The position numbers were made by a program, and so were the translations under genes. 26,371 nt of DNA from Paludibacter sp. GTDB lineage: Bacteria; Bacteroidota; Bacteroidia; Bacteroidales; Paludibacteraceae. Position 1 is the first letter of the stretch. Each line of letters starts with the position of its first letter. The stretch is taken from the NCBI GenBank assembly GCA_009787075.1, contig WRGS01000231.1:1-26371 (forward strand). Direction: 5' to 3'. Below are positions 8,049-15,722 of this stretch, piece after piece. Below the pieces are notes generated by a model. The model was not told the origin of the DNA and did no database searches. It worked only from the letters and a program-made list of their open reading frames with translations.

Positions 8049-8744
8049 TTAATATTTTTGTTCATTGTTCCGAAAATAATATACAATTCCAAATTCGCGG
8101 CAAAGTGCGTAGTGTGTTTCTGGCGGCTCATTTTTAAAATGCTCTTCTACTTTGTTCCAAATTTCGAGAATAATTCGGTCGGCTTCTGCCAGCAACGCGA
8201 TAAAATCCTCGCGGCTGCGTCCTGTGGTCGATTTGTACAGTTGTTGCGAGTCGTAATGTTCTTTAAAAATATCATAATGTACGCGTACTTTGTTAATTGC
8301 AGGATTATAAATCGGAATTCCTCCGTTTTGCGTGCGCTGCTCCTCGCCTTCAATAATCTTGCCGCCCCAAAAAAGTACGCTGTCTTCGGCGTTTAAATTT
8401 GGAACGTTGCTGCTGTTTGGCGAAAGTCCGTAAAGAGTTCGATTTTCCTTTTTAATTTCACCGCGGATAACTGCCAAATTGAACACCTGAATAAAGTGAG
8501 AAATATACATACGCGCCTGATTCAGAGTTTGTTGATAGCGTTTTGAAGCATCAATTCGCGTAGAAAGTTTATTTTGATAAAGCGAAAGTTTCTGTTCAAA
8601 ATTATTGGCAAATATTCTCGCTTCGCTGAAAAGTTTCAAAGACATAACTTTCTGATTATAAGGCAATTTCTCGTCTTTTTCAACGGCTGTACGCAAAGCA
8701 AGCACACGTGCATTATTAGTTTTCGGCAAACGGCGATATGGCAT
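8049..8744 (-). CDS. Conserved hypothetical protein of Bacteroidales (MPYRRLP family)
   Basis: 231-aa ORF with the recognisable N-terminus MPYRRLPxT..AR..AL and C-terminal FGIVYYFR; tightly packed between ispA and the redoxin. Confidence 0.8.
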   Translation of the reverse strand: MPYRRLPKTNNARVLALRTAVEKDEKLPYNQKVMSLKLFSEARIFANNFEQKLSLYQNKLSTRIDASKRYQQTLNQARMYISHFIQVFNLAVIRGEIKKENRTLYGLSPNSSNVPNLNAEDSVLFWGGKIIEGEEQRTQNGGIPIYNPAINKVRVHYDIFKEHYDSQQLYKSTTGRSREDFIALLAEADRIILEIWNKVEEHFKNEPPETHYALCREFGIVYYFRNNEQKY

Positions 8745-8786
8745 TTTGTAATTTTTTTGGTTAAAATTTTTACAAAAGTAAATATT

Positions 8787-9764
8787 TTATTTGATTCTTT
8801 GCAATAATTGTTTTGTTAAAATTTGCAAATTTTCTTTTCTTTTGTCCTCAACTGCCACACAATTAATATTTTCCAACGATTTTTTATAATAAAAATTAAT
8901 TTTTTCTTCTGCAAGTTCTTTTATTTTCAATTTATTAAAAATTTCGGTCATTCTGCTGATTTTTTCCTCTGGCAGAATATTATTATTTTTTAAAAGAAAA
9001 TTTAATTCTTCTTCTTCTTTTCCCCCTTTTGCCCGCTGTAAAGCATTGATTAACAGATATGTTTTTTTATTACAAAGAATATCGCCGCCGATTTTTTTGC
9101 CAAAAGTTTTTTCGTCGCCCCAAACGTCAAGAAAATCGTCTTTGAGTTGAAAGGCGAGACCAAGATTAATTCCGAAATTATAAATTGCCTGACAATCAGC
9201 GTTTTGCGCTTTGCCGACAATCGCGCCGATTTTCAAAGCGCAACCCAAAAGCACCGCAGTTTTCAATTTTATCATTTCCAAATATTGATTTTCAGAAATT
9301 TCACTCTGCGTTTCAAAATCCATATCCAACTGCTGCCCCTGACAAACTTCGATAGCAGTTTGAGAAAAAACATCGAGAATTTCTTTTAAAAGTTCTGTTT
9401 CTGTTTGTGCAATATATTGATATGCAATTATTTGCATCGCATCGCCAGAAAGAATTGCCGCGTTTTCGTTCCATTTTTTATGCACTGTTGGTTGTCCGCG
9501 CCGCATTTGAGCCTTGTCCATAATATCATCGTGCAAAAGCGTAAAATTGTGAAAAATTTCTATGCCGATAGCGGGATTTATAGCAGGTAAAACATTGTTG
9601 GAAAATAAATTACATGCCATCAAAGTAAGTGCGGGGCGCAACCGCTTTCCGCCCAAATTCAACACATATTCAATCGGCGCATAAAGTTCTTTCGGCTCGC
9701 GCTGCCAATTAATTGTATTAATTTGATTTTCAACGATTTTTAAAATTTCTTCAAAAGTTTTCAT
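8787..9764 (-). CDS. ispA: Polyprenyl diphosphate synthase (IspA/IspB family)
   Basis: GGKRLRP, first Asp-rich motif LLHDDIMD..RRG, GQQLD, LKTA, second Asp-rich motif QLKDDFLD, GGDI..KKT. Confidence 0.9.
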   Translation of the reverse strand: MKTFEEILKIVENQINTINWQREPKELYAPIEYVLNLGGKRLRPALTLMACNLFSNNVLPAINPAIGIEIFHNFTLLHDDIMDKAQMRRGQPTVHKKWNENAAILSGDAMQIIAYQYIAQTETELLKEILDVFSQTAIEVCQGQQLDMDFETQSEISENQYLEMIKLKTAVLLGCALKIGAIVGKAQNADCQAIYNFGINLGLAFQLKDDFLDVWGDEKTFGKKIGGDILCNKKTYLLINALQRAKGGKEEEELNFLLKNNNILPEEKISRMTEIFNKLKIKELAEEKINFYYKKSLENINCVAVEDKRKENLQILTKQLLQRIK

Positions 9765-9823
9765 TTATTCGGTTTTTTGAACTCTATAGTTTTTAAAGTT
9801 TATCAAACAGTTTTAATTGCATT

Positions 9824-10159
9824 TCAAGCATTTTTGTAATATTTGCCTGATTTTTGCAACAATTGCTCAATAAATTCTTTTGACATTTGAACATTTATAG
9901 TAGATTTTGTACTCGCTATGATATTGTTATCGCCGATTTCGTTGCCCGAAAACGAAATATTTGCATTATCGTCGAGCAAATCAAACGCATCAATATTATA
10001 AAAAATTGCGATTTTTTGCAAATTTTTCGAGCCCGGCTTGCATTTGTCCGATTCCCATTTGCAATATGCATTTTGCGAAACATTTAATTTTTCCGCTATT
10101 TCCATTTGCGAAAACTTGTGTTCCTGACGGAGTTTCAGTAATAAGCCAAGAGTTGCCAT
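9824..10159 (-). CDS. XRE/Cro-C1 helix-turn-helix regulator, possibly frameshifted near the C-terminus
   Basis: LRQEHKFSQMEIAEKLNVSQNAYCKWESDKCKP is a classic HTH_3 pattern; ATG at 10159 (MATLG); an alternative-frame tail runs to 9793. Confidence 0.85.
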   Translation of the reverse strand: MATLGLLLKLRQEHKFSQMEIAEKLNVSQNAYCKWESDKCKPGSKNLQKIAIFYNIDAFDLLDDNANISFSGNEIGDNNIIASTKSTINVQMSKEFIEQLLQKSGKYYKNA

Positions 10160-10199
10160 GTAATTGTTATTTTTTTTAATAAATAAAAATATTTTTTGG

Positions 10200-10207
10200 C
10201 AAAGGTA
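10200..10207 (-). promoter_or_regulatory. Putative -7 element of the XRE gene
   Basis: TACCTTTG on the minus strand, 40 bp upstream of the ATG. Confidence 0.5.
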
Positions 10208-10288
10208 ATTTATTTTTATCACATAAAAAAATAGCAAAAGTAGTTAAAATTAAAACTTTTGTATATTAATGTTTAAAAATATTACATA

Positions 10289-10296
10289 TAATTTTG
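10289..10296 (+). promoter_or_regulatory. Putative -7 element for the divergent OMP gene
   Basis: TAATTTTG matches the consensus but lies in very AT-rich DNA. Confidence 0.35.
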
Positions 10297-10411
10297 CATC
10301 AAATTAAAAAATCTTTTGTATTGCTGTGTCATTATAGCGGTGTAAAATAAAAATAAAAGCATTAACTGTATGTTAGTTAATACTTAAAAAACAAAGCACT
10401 ATCTTAATAGA

Positions 10412-10464
10412 AAATTATTTTAACAAAAATTTAATGGACTTCTGTTTTTTTGTTAAAATAATTT
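10412..10464. repeat. Perfect 18-bp inverted repeat with a 17-bp spacer
   Basis: AAATTATTTTAACAAAAA (10412-10429) / TTTTTGTTAAAATAATTT (10447-10464). Confidence 0.8.
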
Positions 10465-10508
10465 AACAAAAAGAACGATAAACAACAAGAAGTCCATATT
10501 ATATTTGT

Positions 10509-11098
10509 ATGAAAAAATGTTTTATTTTAATGAGTTTTGCGCTTTTGAGCGCAGGCGCGTTTGCGCAAACAACAATTTCCATTGACGCACAATTGGGTTG
10601 GGGAATTCCTCAAGGTAGCGCGTTTAAAGCTTAGATGGCGGCAAATCAACTAAAGTCGGTTTGGTTTATAATGTTGATTTGCTTTATCATTTAAGCGACC
10701 AATTAGCAGCAGGTTTGACTTACGATGCTTCTGTGCTTTTTGGCGTAAAATCGTCTAATGAAGGCATAAGCGATATCGGAATGTATGGCTTGGCTCTTTA
10801 CGGCGTGAAAGGTTATTACAAATTTTTGGATTCAAAAGTTTCGCCATTCGCCACTTTGTCCTTGGGGCTTTCTCAACTTTCTACGCCTGATGTAACTTAC
10901 GGCGACAATAGAACAGTTAAAGGTATTACAAAATCGTCAATCGGCATCAAACCCGAAATCGGCGTGCAATTTGGTAAATTTGTCATTGCTGCATCTTATT
11001 TTGTACCAATGAAATACAAATTTACCAATGTAAGCCAAAGCGCAGGCGTTTTGGAAATTTCAGCAGGCGTTAGAATTCCAATTACATTTGGAAATTAA
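10509..11098 (+). pseudogene. Small outer-membrane beta-barrel protein (OmpA-like transmembrane / porin family), interrupted by a 1-nt frameshift
   Basis: ATG 10509 gives signal peptide MKKCFILMSFALLSAGAFA-Q then TTISIDAQLGWGIPQGSAFKA* (TAG 10632-10634). A different frame continues LDGGKSTKVGLVYNVDLLY... through the track ORF 10661-11098 with alternating beta-strand pattern ending GVRIPITFGN. Confidence 0.8.
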
Positions 11099-11119
11099 TG
11101 AGAAACAATTTTATTTTAC

Positions 11120-11155
11120 AAAAAAACAGCAAGAGAGCATCTTGCTGTTTTTTTT
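11120..11155. terminator. Bidirectional intrinsic terminator between the convergent OMP and MaoC genes
   Basis: A7-CAGCAAGA / TCTTGCTG-T8 with a 5-nt loop. Confidence 0.85.
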
Positions 11156-11165
11156 GTGTAAAAAC

Positions 11166-11582
11166 TTACACAAATTTTGTTAAATGTTTCAGCCGCGCAA
11201 CTCCGTCAATACAAACGCGATGTTCAGGCGCGGCAGTTTCGTCAAGCAAAAGGCAACTGACTGTACCATTGTGTTTTTCGGTATTAATATCTGTAATTTC
11301 AACGCGCGCCTTGTAAGTTTTTTGCGTAAAAATAGGTGCGCGGAAACGCATTTCCTGCGAAATATAAATTGTGCCTTCGCCCGGAAAAAGCGTACCAAAA
11401 ATACGCGAAAAAACTGCTCCAGCCAAAAATCCGTGAACTATCGGACGCCCAAAAGGCGTAGTTTTAGCAAATTCTGCATCAATATGCAAAGGATTGTCAT
11501 CTCCTGTAACTTTGGCAAAATCATTGACTTGCTCTTGGGTAAAACTCAATTCGAGTTCATAAAAATCGCCTGTTTTTAACAT
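11166..11582 (-). CDS. MaoC-family (R)-specific enoyl-CoA hydratase/dehydratase
   Basis: Hydratase-2 motif FAKVTGDDNPLHID..FA..TPFGRPIVHG; hot-dog fold pattern. Confidence 0.9.
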   Translation of the reverse strand: MLKTGDFYELELSFTQEQVNDFAKVTGDDNPLHIDAEFAKTTPFGRPIVHGFLAGAVFSRIFGTLFPGEGTIYISQEMRFRAPIFTQKTYKARVEITDINTEKHNGTVSCLLLDETAAPEHRVCIDGVARLKHLTKFV

Positions 11583-11630
11583 AAATTTATGGTTTATTAG
11601 AAATTATCAATTAAGTTACCGATTATTTTT

Positions 11631-13601
11631 TTATTCTGTTTGAAAAGGCGATGCTGGCAGTCCGTTTTTGCCGCGCAAATTCCACCAATTCGGATTATTT
11701 GCCCACGCATAACGCACCTGTGCAGGATTTTCTATTTCTTTGTTCCAAACTTCAACGGTTTTTCCAACGATTTTTGCCTGCGCAGGCAGAAATGTTCCAT
11801 TTTTTTTATCAGAAATATAAAATCCATTTAATTCTTCAACCTGCTGAAAATCAGCCGTTCCTTCACGAAAATACAGAATAATTTTATTTCCTTTAATTTC
11901 GTATTTTTCATATAAAGGACTGTCGGCTGAAATATTTTCGCCATAAGCCAATTTTCTCGCCTGCAAAGAAAGCCGCAAGCCAATGTCTTTTTTGTTCAAC
12001 GGGTGAATGTCGTTCCATTCGCCAAGGTCGATAGTTACAGCCATTGCGGTATTGTCAATTTTTTCGTCAATAATTCGTTGAACATTGCGCAGAGCCGCCC
12101 AATTGCTGTTTTGTTGATAGGGCGCAGCGTCCATAAAGTTGCAAAGTTGCACCAACAAAAAAGGAAGATTTTTATTTTTCCAATCTTCGCGCCAGTTTGC
12201 AATAAGCGCATTCATTAAGTCAAAATATTCATAATAATTAGAAGTGTTCGACTCGCCCTGATACCACACAAAACCTTTGATATTAAAATTTGTAAGCGGC
12301 GCAATCATAGCGTTGTACAAGCCTGTCGGCTGACAATGAATATACATTGCCACACCTGCAACCGCAGGCATAATTGCGCCTGTTTTATATTTCCATTCGC
12401 CTTCAAGGGAAATTTCCGCGCCATTATTAAAAACAATTTTATACGGTTTTTCCCTAACAAATTCAGGCGTTCCGCTCTGGCTGACAAGCCTGATGGTAAC
12501 AGTATTTTTTCCGTTTTTTAAAATATTTTTTGGAATAAAATAATTGCGCGGCGGATATTGATAGGTGGTATTTCCCACAAACTGCCCATTTACAAAAACC
12601 GAATCGGCATCGACAATGCGCCCCATAAACAGTTTTGCTGCCTGATTTTCAAATTCTTTGTCAATGTCAATATCTTTGCGAAACCAGAATACGCCGTTTT
12701 GTTGAGCAAAGCCATTGTTTTTTCCCCACGAATTGTCGAAAAGGTCGGTTGTTGTCCAATCGCTGTCGTTGTAAGATGCTGAATACCAGCGCGGTTGCTC
12801 GTTGCTTCCCAAGTCTTCCAAATTTGCAACCTGCTGCCAACGCTGCGAAGGCAAATTGCTCAAATTCTGCATTTGTTTCACAAAATTATCGTCCTGCACA
12901 AGATGCAACGCACTTTCATTTGCGGGAAACCGCTTAATATATTTTTCAGAAATCCACGCTTCGGCAGGAGTTCCGCCAACGCTCGAATTGATTATTCCAA
13001 CAGGAATATTTGTTTTTTCGTACATAAATTTTGCAAAAAAATATGCCACGCCCGAAAAATTCTGTGCAGTTTCGGGCGTTAAATCCACCCACGAGCATAC
13101 AGGAACATCCGTTTGCGGATAATGAAAATTGTACGTCATCGGAATTTTAACATAGCGAATTTGCGGATTGGAATAAGCGGCAATTTCATCGCCATACATG
13201 CTCATAAGGCGCGAAATTGGCGTTTCCATATTCGATTGACCGCTGCAAAGCCAAACATCGCCAAATGTTATGTTGTTAATTGTCAAGGTATTGCTTGCCG
13301 AAATTGTCATACAATAATTTCCGCCGCCTTTTTGCGCAGGCAAGGTAACAAACCAATTCCCTGCACTGTCGGCAACGGTTTTGTATGAAGTTGTAAGGTC
13401 AGAATGTTTTTTATTATCAGAATATTTTTTATCAAAAGTAACCGTAATTTTTTCTGACGGAGCAGCCCAGCCAAAGATTTTAGCAGGGACATCACGTTGC
13501 AAAATCATATTGTCTCCCACAAGGTGCGGCAACCGCACCTGCGCCGATAATATACCCGCAATAAACAACATTGCCAAAGAAACAGAAAATTTGTTTTTCA
13601 T
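11631..13601 (-). CDS. Sialate O-acetylesterase (SASA family) with inserted beta-sandwich domain
   Basis: Signal peptide; DNMILQR; GDVWLCSGQSNM (catalytic Ser); WYQGESN; DIHP (Asp/His); VRYAW; LPASPF. Confidence 0.92.
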   Translation of the reverse strand: MKNKFSVSLAMLFIAGILSAQVRLPHLVGDNMILQRDVPAKIFGWAAPSEKITVTFDKKYSDNKKHSDLTTSYKTVADSAGNWFVTLPAQKGGGNYCMTISASNTLTINNITFGDVWLCSGQSNMETPISRLMSMYGDEIAAYSNPQIRYVKIPMTYNFHYPQTDVPVCSWVDLTPETAQNFSGVAYFFAKFMYEKTNIPVGIINSSVGGTPAEAWISEKYIKRFPANESALHLVQDDNFVKQMQNLSNLPSQRWQQVANLEDLGSNEQPRWYSASYNDSDWTTTDLFDNSWGKNNGFAQQNGVFWFRKDIDIDKEFENQAAKLFMGRIVDADSVFVNGQFVGNTTYQYPPRNYFIPKNILKNGKNTVTIRLVSQSGTPEFVREKPYKIVFNNGAEISLEGEWKYKTGAIMPAVAGVAMYIHCQPTGLYNAMIAPLTNFNIKGFVWYQGESNTSNYYEYFDLMNALIANWREDWKNKNLPFLLVQLCNFMDAAPYQQNSNWAALRNVQRIIDEKIDNTAMAVTIDLGEWNDIHPLNKKDIGLRLSLQARKLAYGENISADSPLYEKYEIKGNKIILYFREGTADFQQVEELNGFYISDKKNGTFLPAQAKIVGKTVEVWNKEIENPAQVRYAWANNPNWWNLRGKNGLPASPFQTE

Positions 13602-13603
13602 TT

Positions 13604-13669
13604 CTATTTTATCTTTTTAGAGTTAAACTGTACCAATTTTTCCCAATCAATTTCTCCATTGTCAATTTT
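13604..13669 (-). pseudogene. C-terminal scrap resembling EcoO109I/PmeII-family type II restriction endonucleases
   Basis: Reads KIDNGEIDWEKLVQFNSKKIK*, with no start codon and a stop just upstream; the G.IDWEKLV.FNS ending is recalled from that family. Confidence 0.5.
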
Positions 13670-13807
13670 TATTTATTAAACTTTACAAAATATTCGTCAA
13701 TTTCAGGGCATATAGGCGGGTTCAGGGTTGTAATTCTGAAATTTATTTCGCAGGCTATTGGTTATAACCTGCTGAATGTGTGATTTTTGGTGGTTAGTTA
13801 GCACCAT
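13669..13807 (-). pseudogene. Internally deleted TdeIII-family type II restriction endonuclease
   Basis: ATG 13807 gives MVLTNHQKSHIQQVITNSLRNKFQNYNPEPAYMP* (stop 13703); an overlapping frame gives PEIDEYFVKFNK* (13707-13669). Both match my recollection of TdeIII-family N- and C-termini. Confidence 0.7.
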
Positions 13808-14120
13808 TGTCTATTATTTTAATATTTTTTGTAAATAATTCTCTATCGTGTATGTTTTTCCAAATACATTGTTCAAGTATAAAAAAATCAAAATTATTTT
13901 CTTTATCTTGATACATACTCATTCTTTTCAAACTTTTTATTGCTTGATTTAACGATTTTATTATTTCGGGTTCAGATAAAAAAGACCATTTAGAAATTTC
14001 TTCTGCAATTTCTTCTATTGATTCCTCTGTATCTATTAAAACGGATTTTTTTTCTAAAAATAATTCAGAACTCCAAACCTCAACGTTTCCTACATTAAAA
14101 CTTGCGTAATAGCATTTCAT
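13794..14120 (-). CDS. Hypothetical protein (108 aa) inside the R-M remnant island
   Basis: Very AT-rich ORF; ATG 14120 is preferred over the track start at 14180; its 3' end overlaps the start of the TdeIII-like remnant, suggesting coupling. Confidence 0.55.
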   Translation of the reverse strand: MKCYYASFNVGNVEVWSSELFLEKKSVLIDTEESIEEIAEEISKWSFLSEPEIIKSLNQAIKSLKRMSMYQDKENNFDFFILEQCIWKNIHDRELFTKNIKIIDNGAN

Positions 14121-14201
14121 ATTTACTTCTTTTTTAATTGAAATATTGTGCCGAATACACTGCTTCACAAACCAATCCAAATTTGAAAATTTGTTTGTTA
14201 C

Positions 14202-14390
14202 TCATTTCTTTATCATTTCTGTGAAAATAGTGTTATATGTAATATCAAGTGCAACATCTGAAATACCCCATTCTATGCCCTCTTTTGCAATTGCAATTTC
14301 ATTATCAGATAATTTTCTACCTATCCTATTCATTGCTTCATTTTGCAAGTCTTCTTGTGTAATTACAAATATAATATCATCTTTTCCCAT
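14202..14390 (-). CDS. Small acidic hypothetical protein (62 aa) in the R-M remnant island
   Basis: MGKDDIIFVITQEDLQNEAMNRIGRKLSDNEIAIAKEGIEWGI...; starts 2 nt after the methylase remnant stop. Confidence 0.65.
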   Translation of the reverse strand: MGKDDIIFVITQEDLQNEAMNRIGRKLSDNEIAIAKEGIEWGISDVALDITYNTIFTEMIKK

Positions 14391-14392
14391 AA

Positions 14393-14570
14393 TTAATAAT
14401 CCTGTAATTCAGACTGTAAGATTTGCGTTGAGCCGTTTTCGCCAACTTTTTTTACTAAACCATACTGCACTAAATAGGCAATATTTGAAGTGGTTACATT
14501 TTTTTCCAATGTAATCCGTAGCCCATTTGCCTGCTTCCAATATGCTGAATAACTGCGTTGTTTCTATCAT
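14393..14570 (-). pseudogene. 5' remnant of a modification methylase with an N-terminal HTH-like extension (type found next to TdeIII-like endonucleases)
   Basis: Removing one A from the A7 run at about 14499-14505 gives MIETTQLFSILEAGKWATDYIGKNVTTSNIAYLVQYGLVKKVGENGSTQILQSELQDY*. The W...Y.GKNVT.SNI.YL.QYG.....G.NG pattern is recalled from such methylase N-termini; no catalytic domain remains. Confidence 0.7.
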
Positions 14571-14607
14571 TTCTGAATAGATTTTACAAATTTGCAAAGA
14601 TTACAAT

Positions 14608-15627
14608 TTATTTTGAATTTTTCTTATAATATTTAATCAGTTTTGGTATAACCTCTTCAATTGTTGCAGTAATAACATAATCAGCGATTGTGTTGATTGG
14701 GGCGGCAGGGTCGTTGTTAATTGAGATAATTAACGAACTTTCCTGCATTCCTGCAATGTGCTGTATTTGCCCCGAAATACCGCAGGCAATATACAGTTTT
14801 GGACGCACGGTTACGCCTGTTTGTCCGATTTGACGTTCGTGTTCGGCAAAGCCCGCATCAACAGCCGCACGCGATGCGCCAACTTCTGCACCCAAAACGT
14901 CTGCCAATTCGTATAAAAGTTTGAAATTTTCTTCCGAGCCAACGCCATAACCGCCTGCAACAATTATTGACGCGCCGCCAAGATTTACTTTCGACTTTTC
15001 GATATGCCGCTCAATAACTTCTATCACAAAATCGGAATCAGAAACATATTTCGCCACATCAATTTTGCGCGTTTCGCCCTTGTAATTTGCATCGCGGATT
15101 TCTTTTTTCATCACACCCTGACGCACAGTAGCCATTTGCGGACGACAATCGGGATTGACAATCGTAGCCACAATATTTCCGCCAAAAGCAGGACGAATTT
15201 GATAAAGCAAATCGTGATAGGTTTTGGCATTTTTCTTATCTTCATAATCGCCGATTTCGAGCGAAGTACAGTCGGCAGTCAATCCGCTGAACAGCGCCGA
15301 CGACACGCGCGGACCCAAATCACGCCCGACAGATGTTGCACCCATAAGCGCAATTTGCGGCTGCTGCTGTTTGAAAAGATTTACCAGCAACGAAGTGTGC
15401 GGCAATGAAGTATAAGGATAAAGGCGTTTGTCATCTGCAATGTGCAGAATATCAACGCCAAAAGGAAATACTTGCGCACCAATGCCGTCAAGTTTGTAAC
15501 CTGCTGCAAGAGCTTCGAGTTGTACGCCAAGTTGGTCAGCCAAAGAACGTCCTTTGGTCAAAAGTTCAAGCGAAACATCGCTAACAAGAGCATCTTCTAT
15601 CTCTAAATAAACAAATACGTTATTCAT
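14608..15627 (-). CDS. etfA: Electron transfer flavoprotein alpha subunit
   Basis: SGLTADCT, QIRPAFGGNIVATI, IIVAGGYG, GASRAAVDAG, QIGQTGVTVRPKLYIACGISGQIQHIAGM. Confidence 0.95.
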   Translation of the reverse strand: MNNVFVYLEIEDALVSDVSLELLTKGRSLADQLGVQLEALAAGYKLDGIGAQVFPFGVDILHIADDKRLYPYTSLPHTSLLVNLFKQQQPQIALMGATSVGRDLGPRVSSALFSGLTADCTSLEIGDYEDKKNAKTYHDLLYQIRPAFGGNIVATIVNPDCRPQMATVRQGVMKKEIRDANYKGETRKIDVAKYVSDSDFVIEVIERHIEKSKVNLGGASIIVAGGYGVGSEENFKLLYELADVLGAEVGASRAAVDAGFAEHERQIGQTGVTVRPKLYIACGISGQIQHIAGMQESSLIISINNDPAAPINTIADYVITATIEEVIPKLIKYYKKNSK

Positions 15628-15668
15628 ATTTTATAAAAGTCTGTTTTTTTTGATGTTAAAAAAGTTTG

Positions 15669-15676
15669 CAAATGTA
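15669..15676 (-). promoter_or_regulatory. Putative -7 element directly upstream of etfA
   Basis: TACATTTG on the minus strand, 41 bp upstream of the ATG. Confidence 0.5.
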
Positions 15677-15722
15677 AATGAATTTTTTAAAATTACACGC
15701 AAACAAATGAAAATTTATAGTA

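Noticed and set aside
10500-10507. TATATTTG -7 match immediately before the OMP ATG
   Set aside because: Would place the transcription start inside the coding region; such matches are frequent by chance in this AT-rich DNA
13700-13775. Short inverted repeats (TTCAG...CTGAA, GCAGG...CCTGC, GGTTATAACC) resembling an integron attC site
   Set aside because: No proper R''/R' box arrangement, no second copy, no integrase; the DNA translates as the TdeIII-like N-terminus
14146-14514. 122-aa plus-strand ORF across the R-M island
   Set aside because: Antisense to coupled minus-strand ORFs; composition typical of an AT-rich shadow frame
14409-14597. 62-aa ORF MQICKIYSE... as an independent protein
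   Set aside because: Better explained as the out-of-frame read-through of the frameshifted methylase remnant
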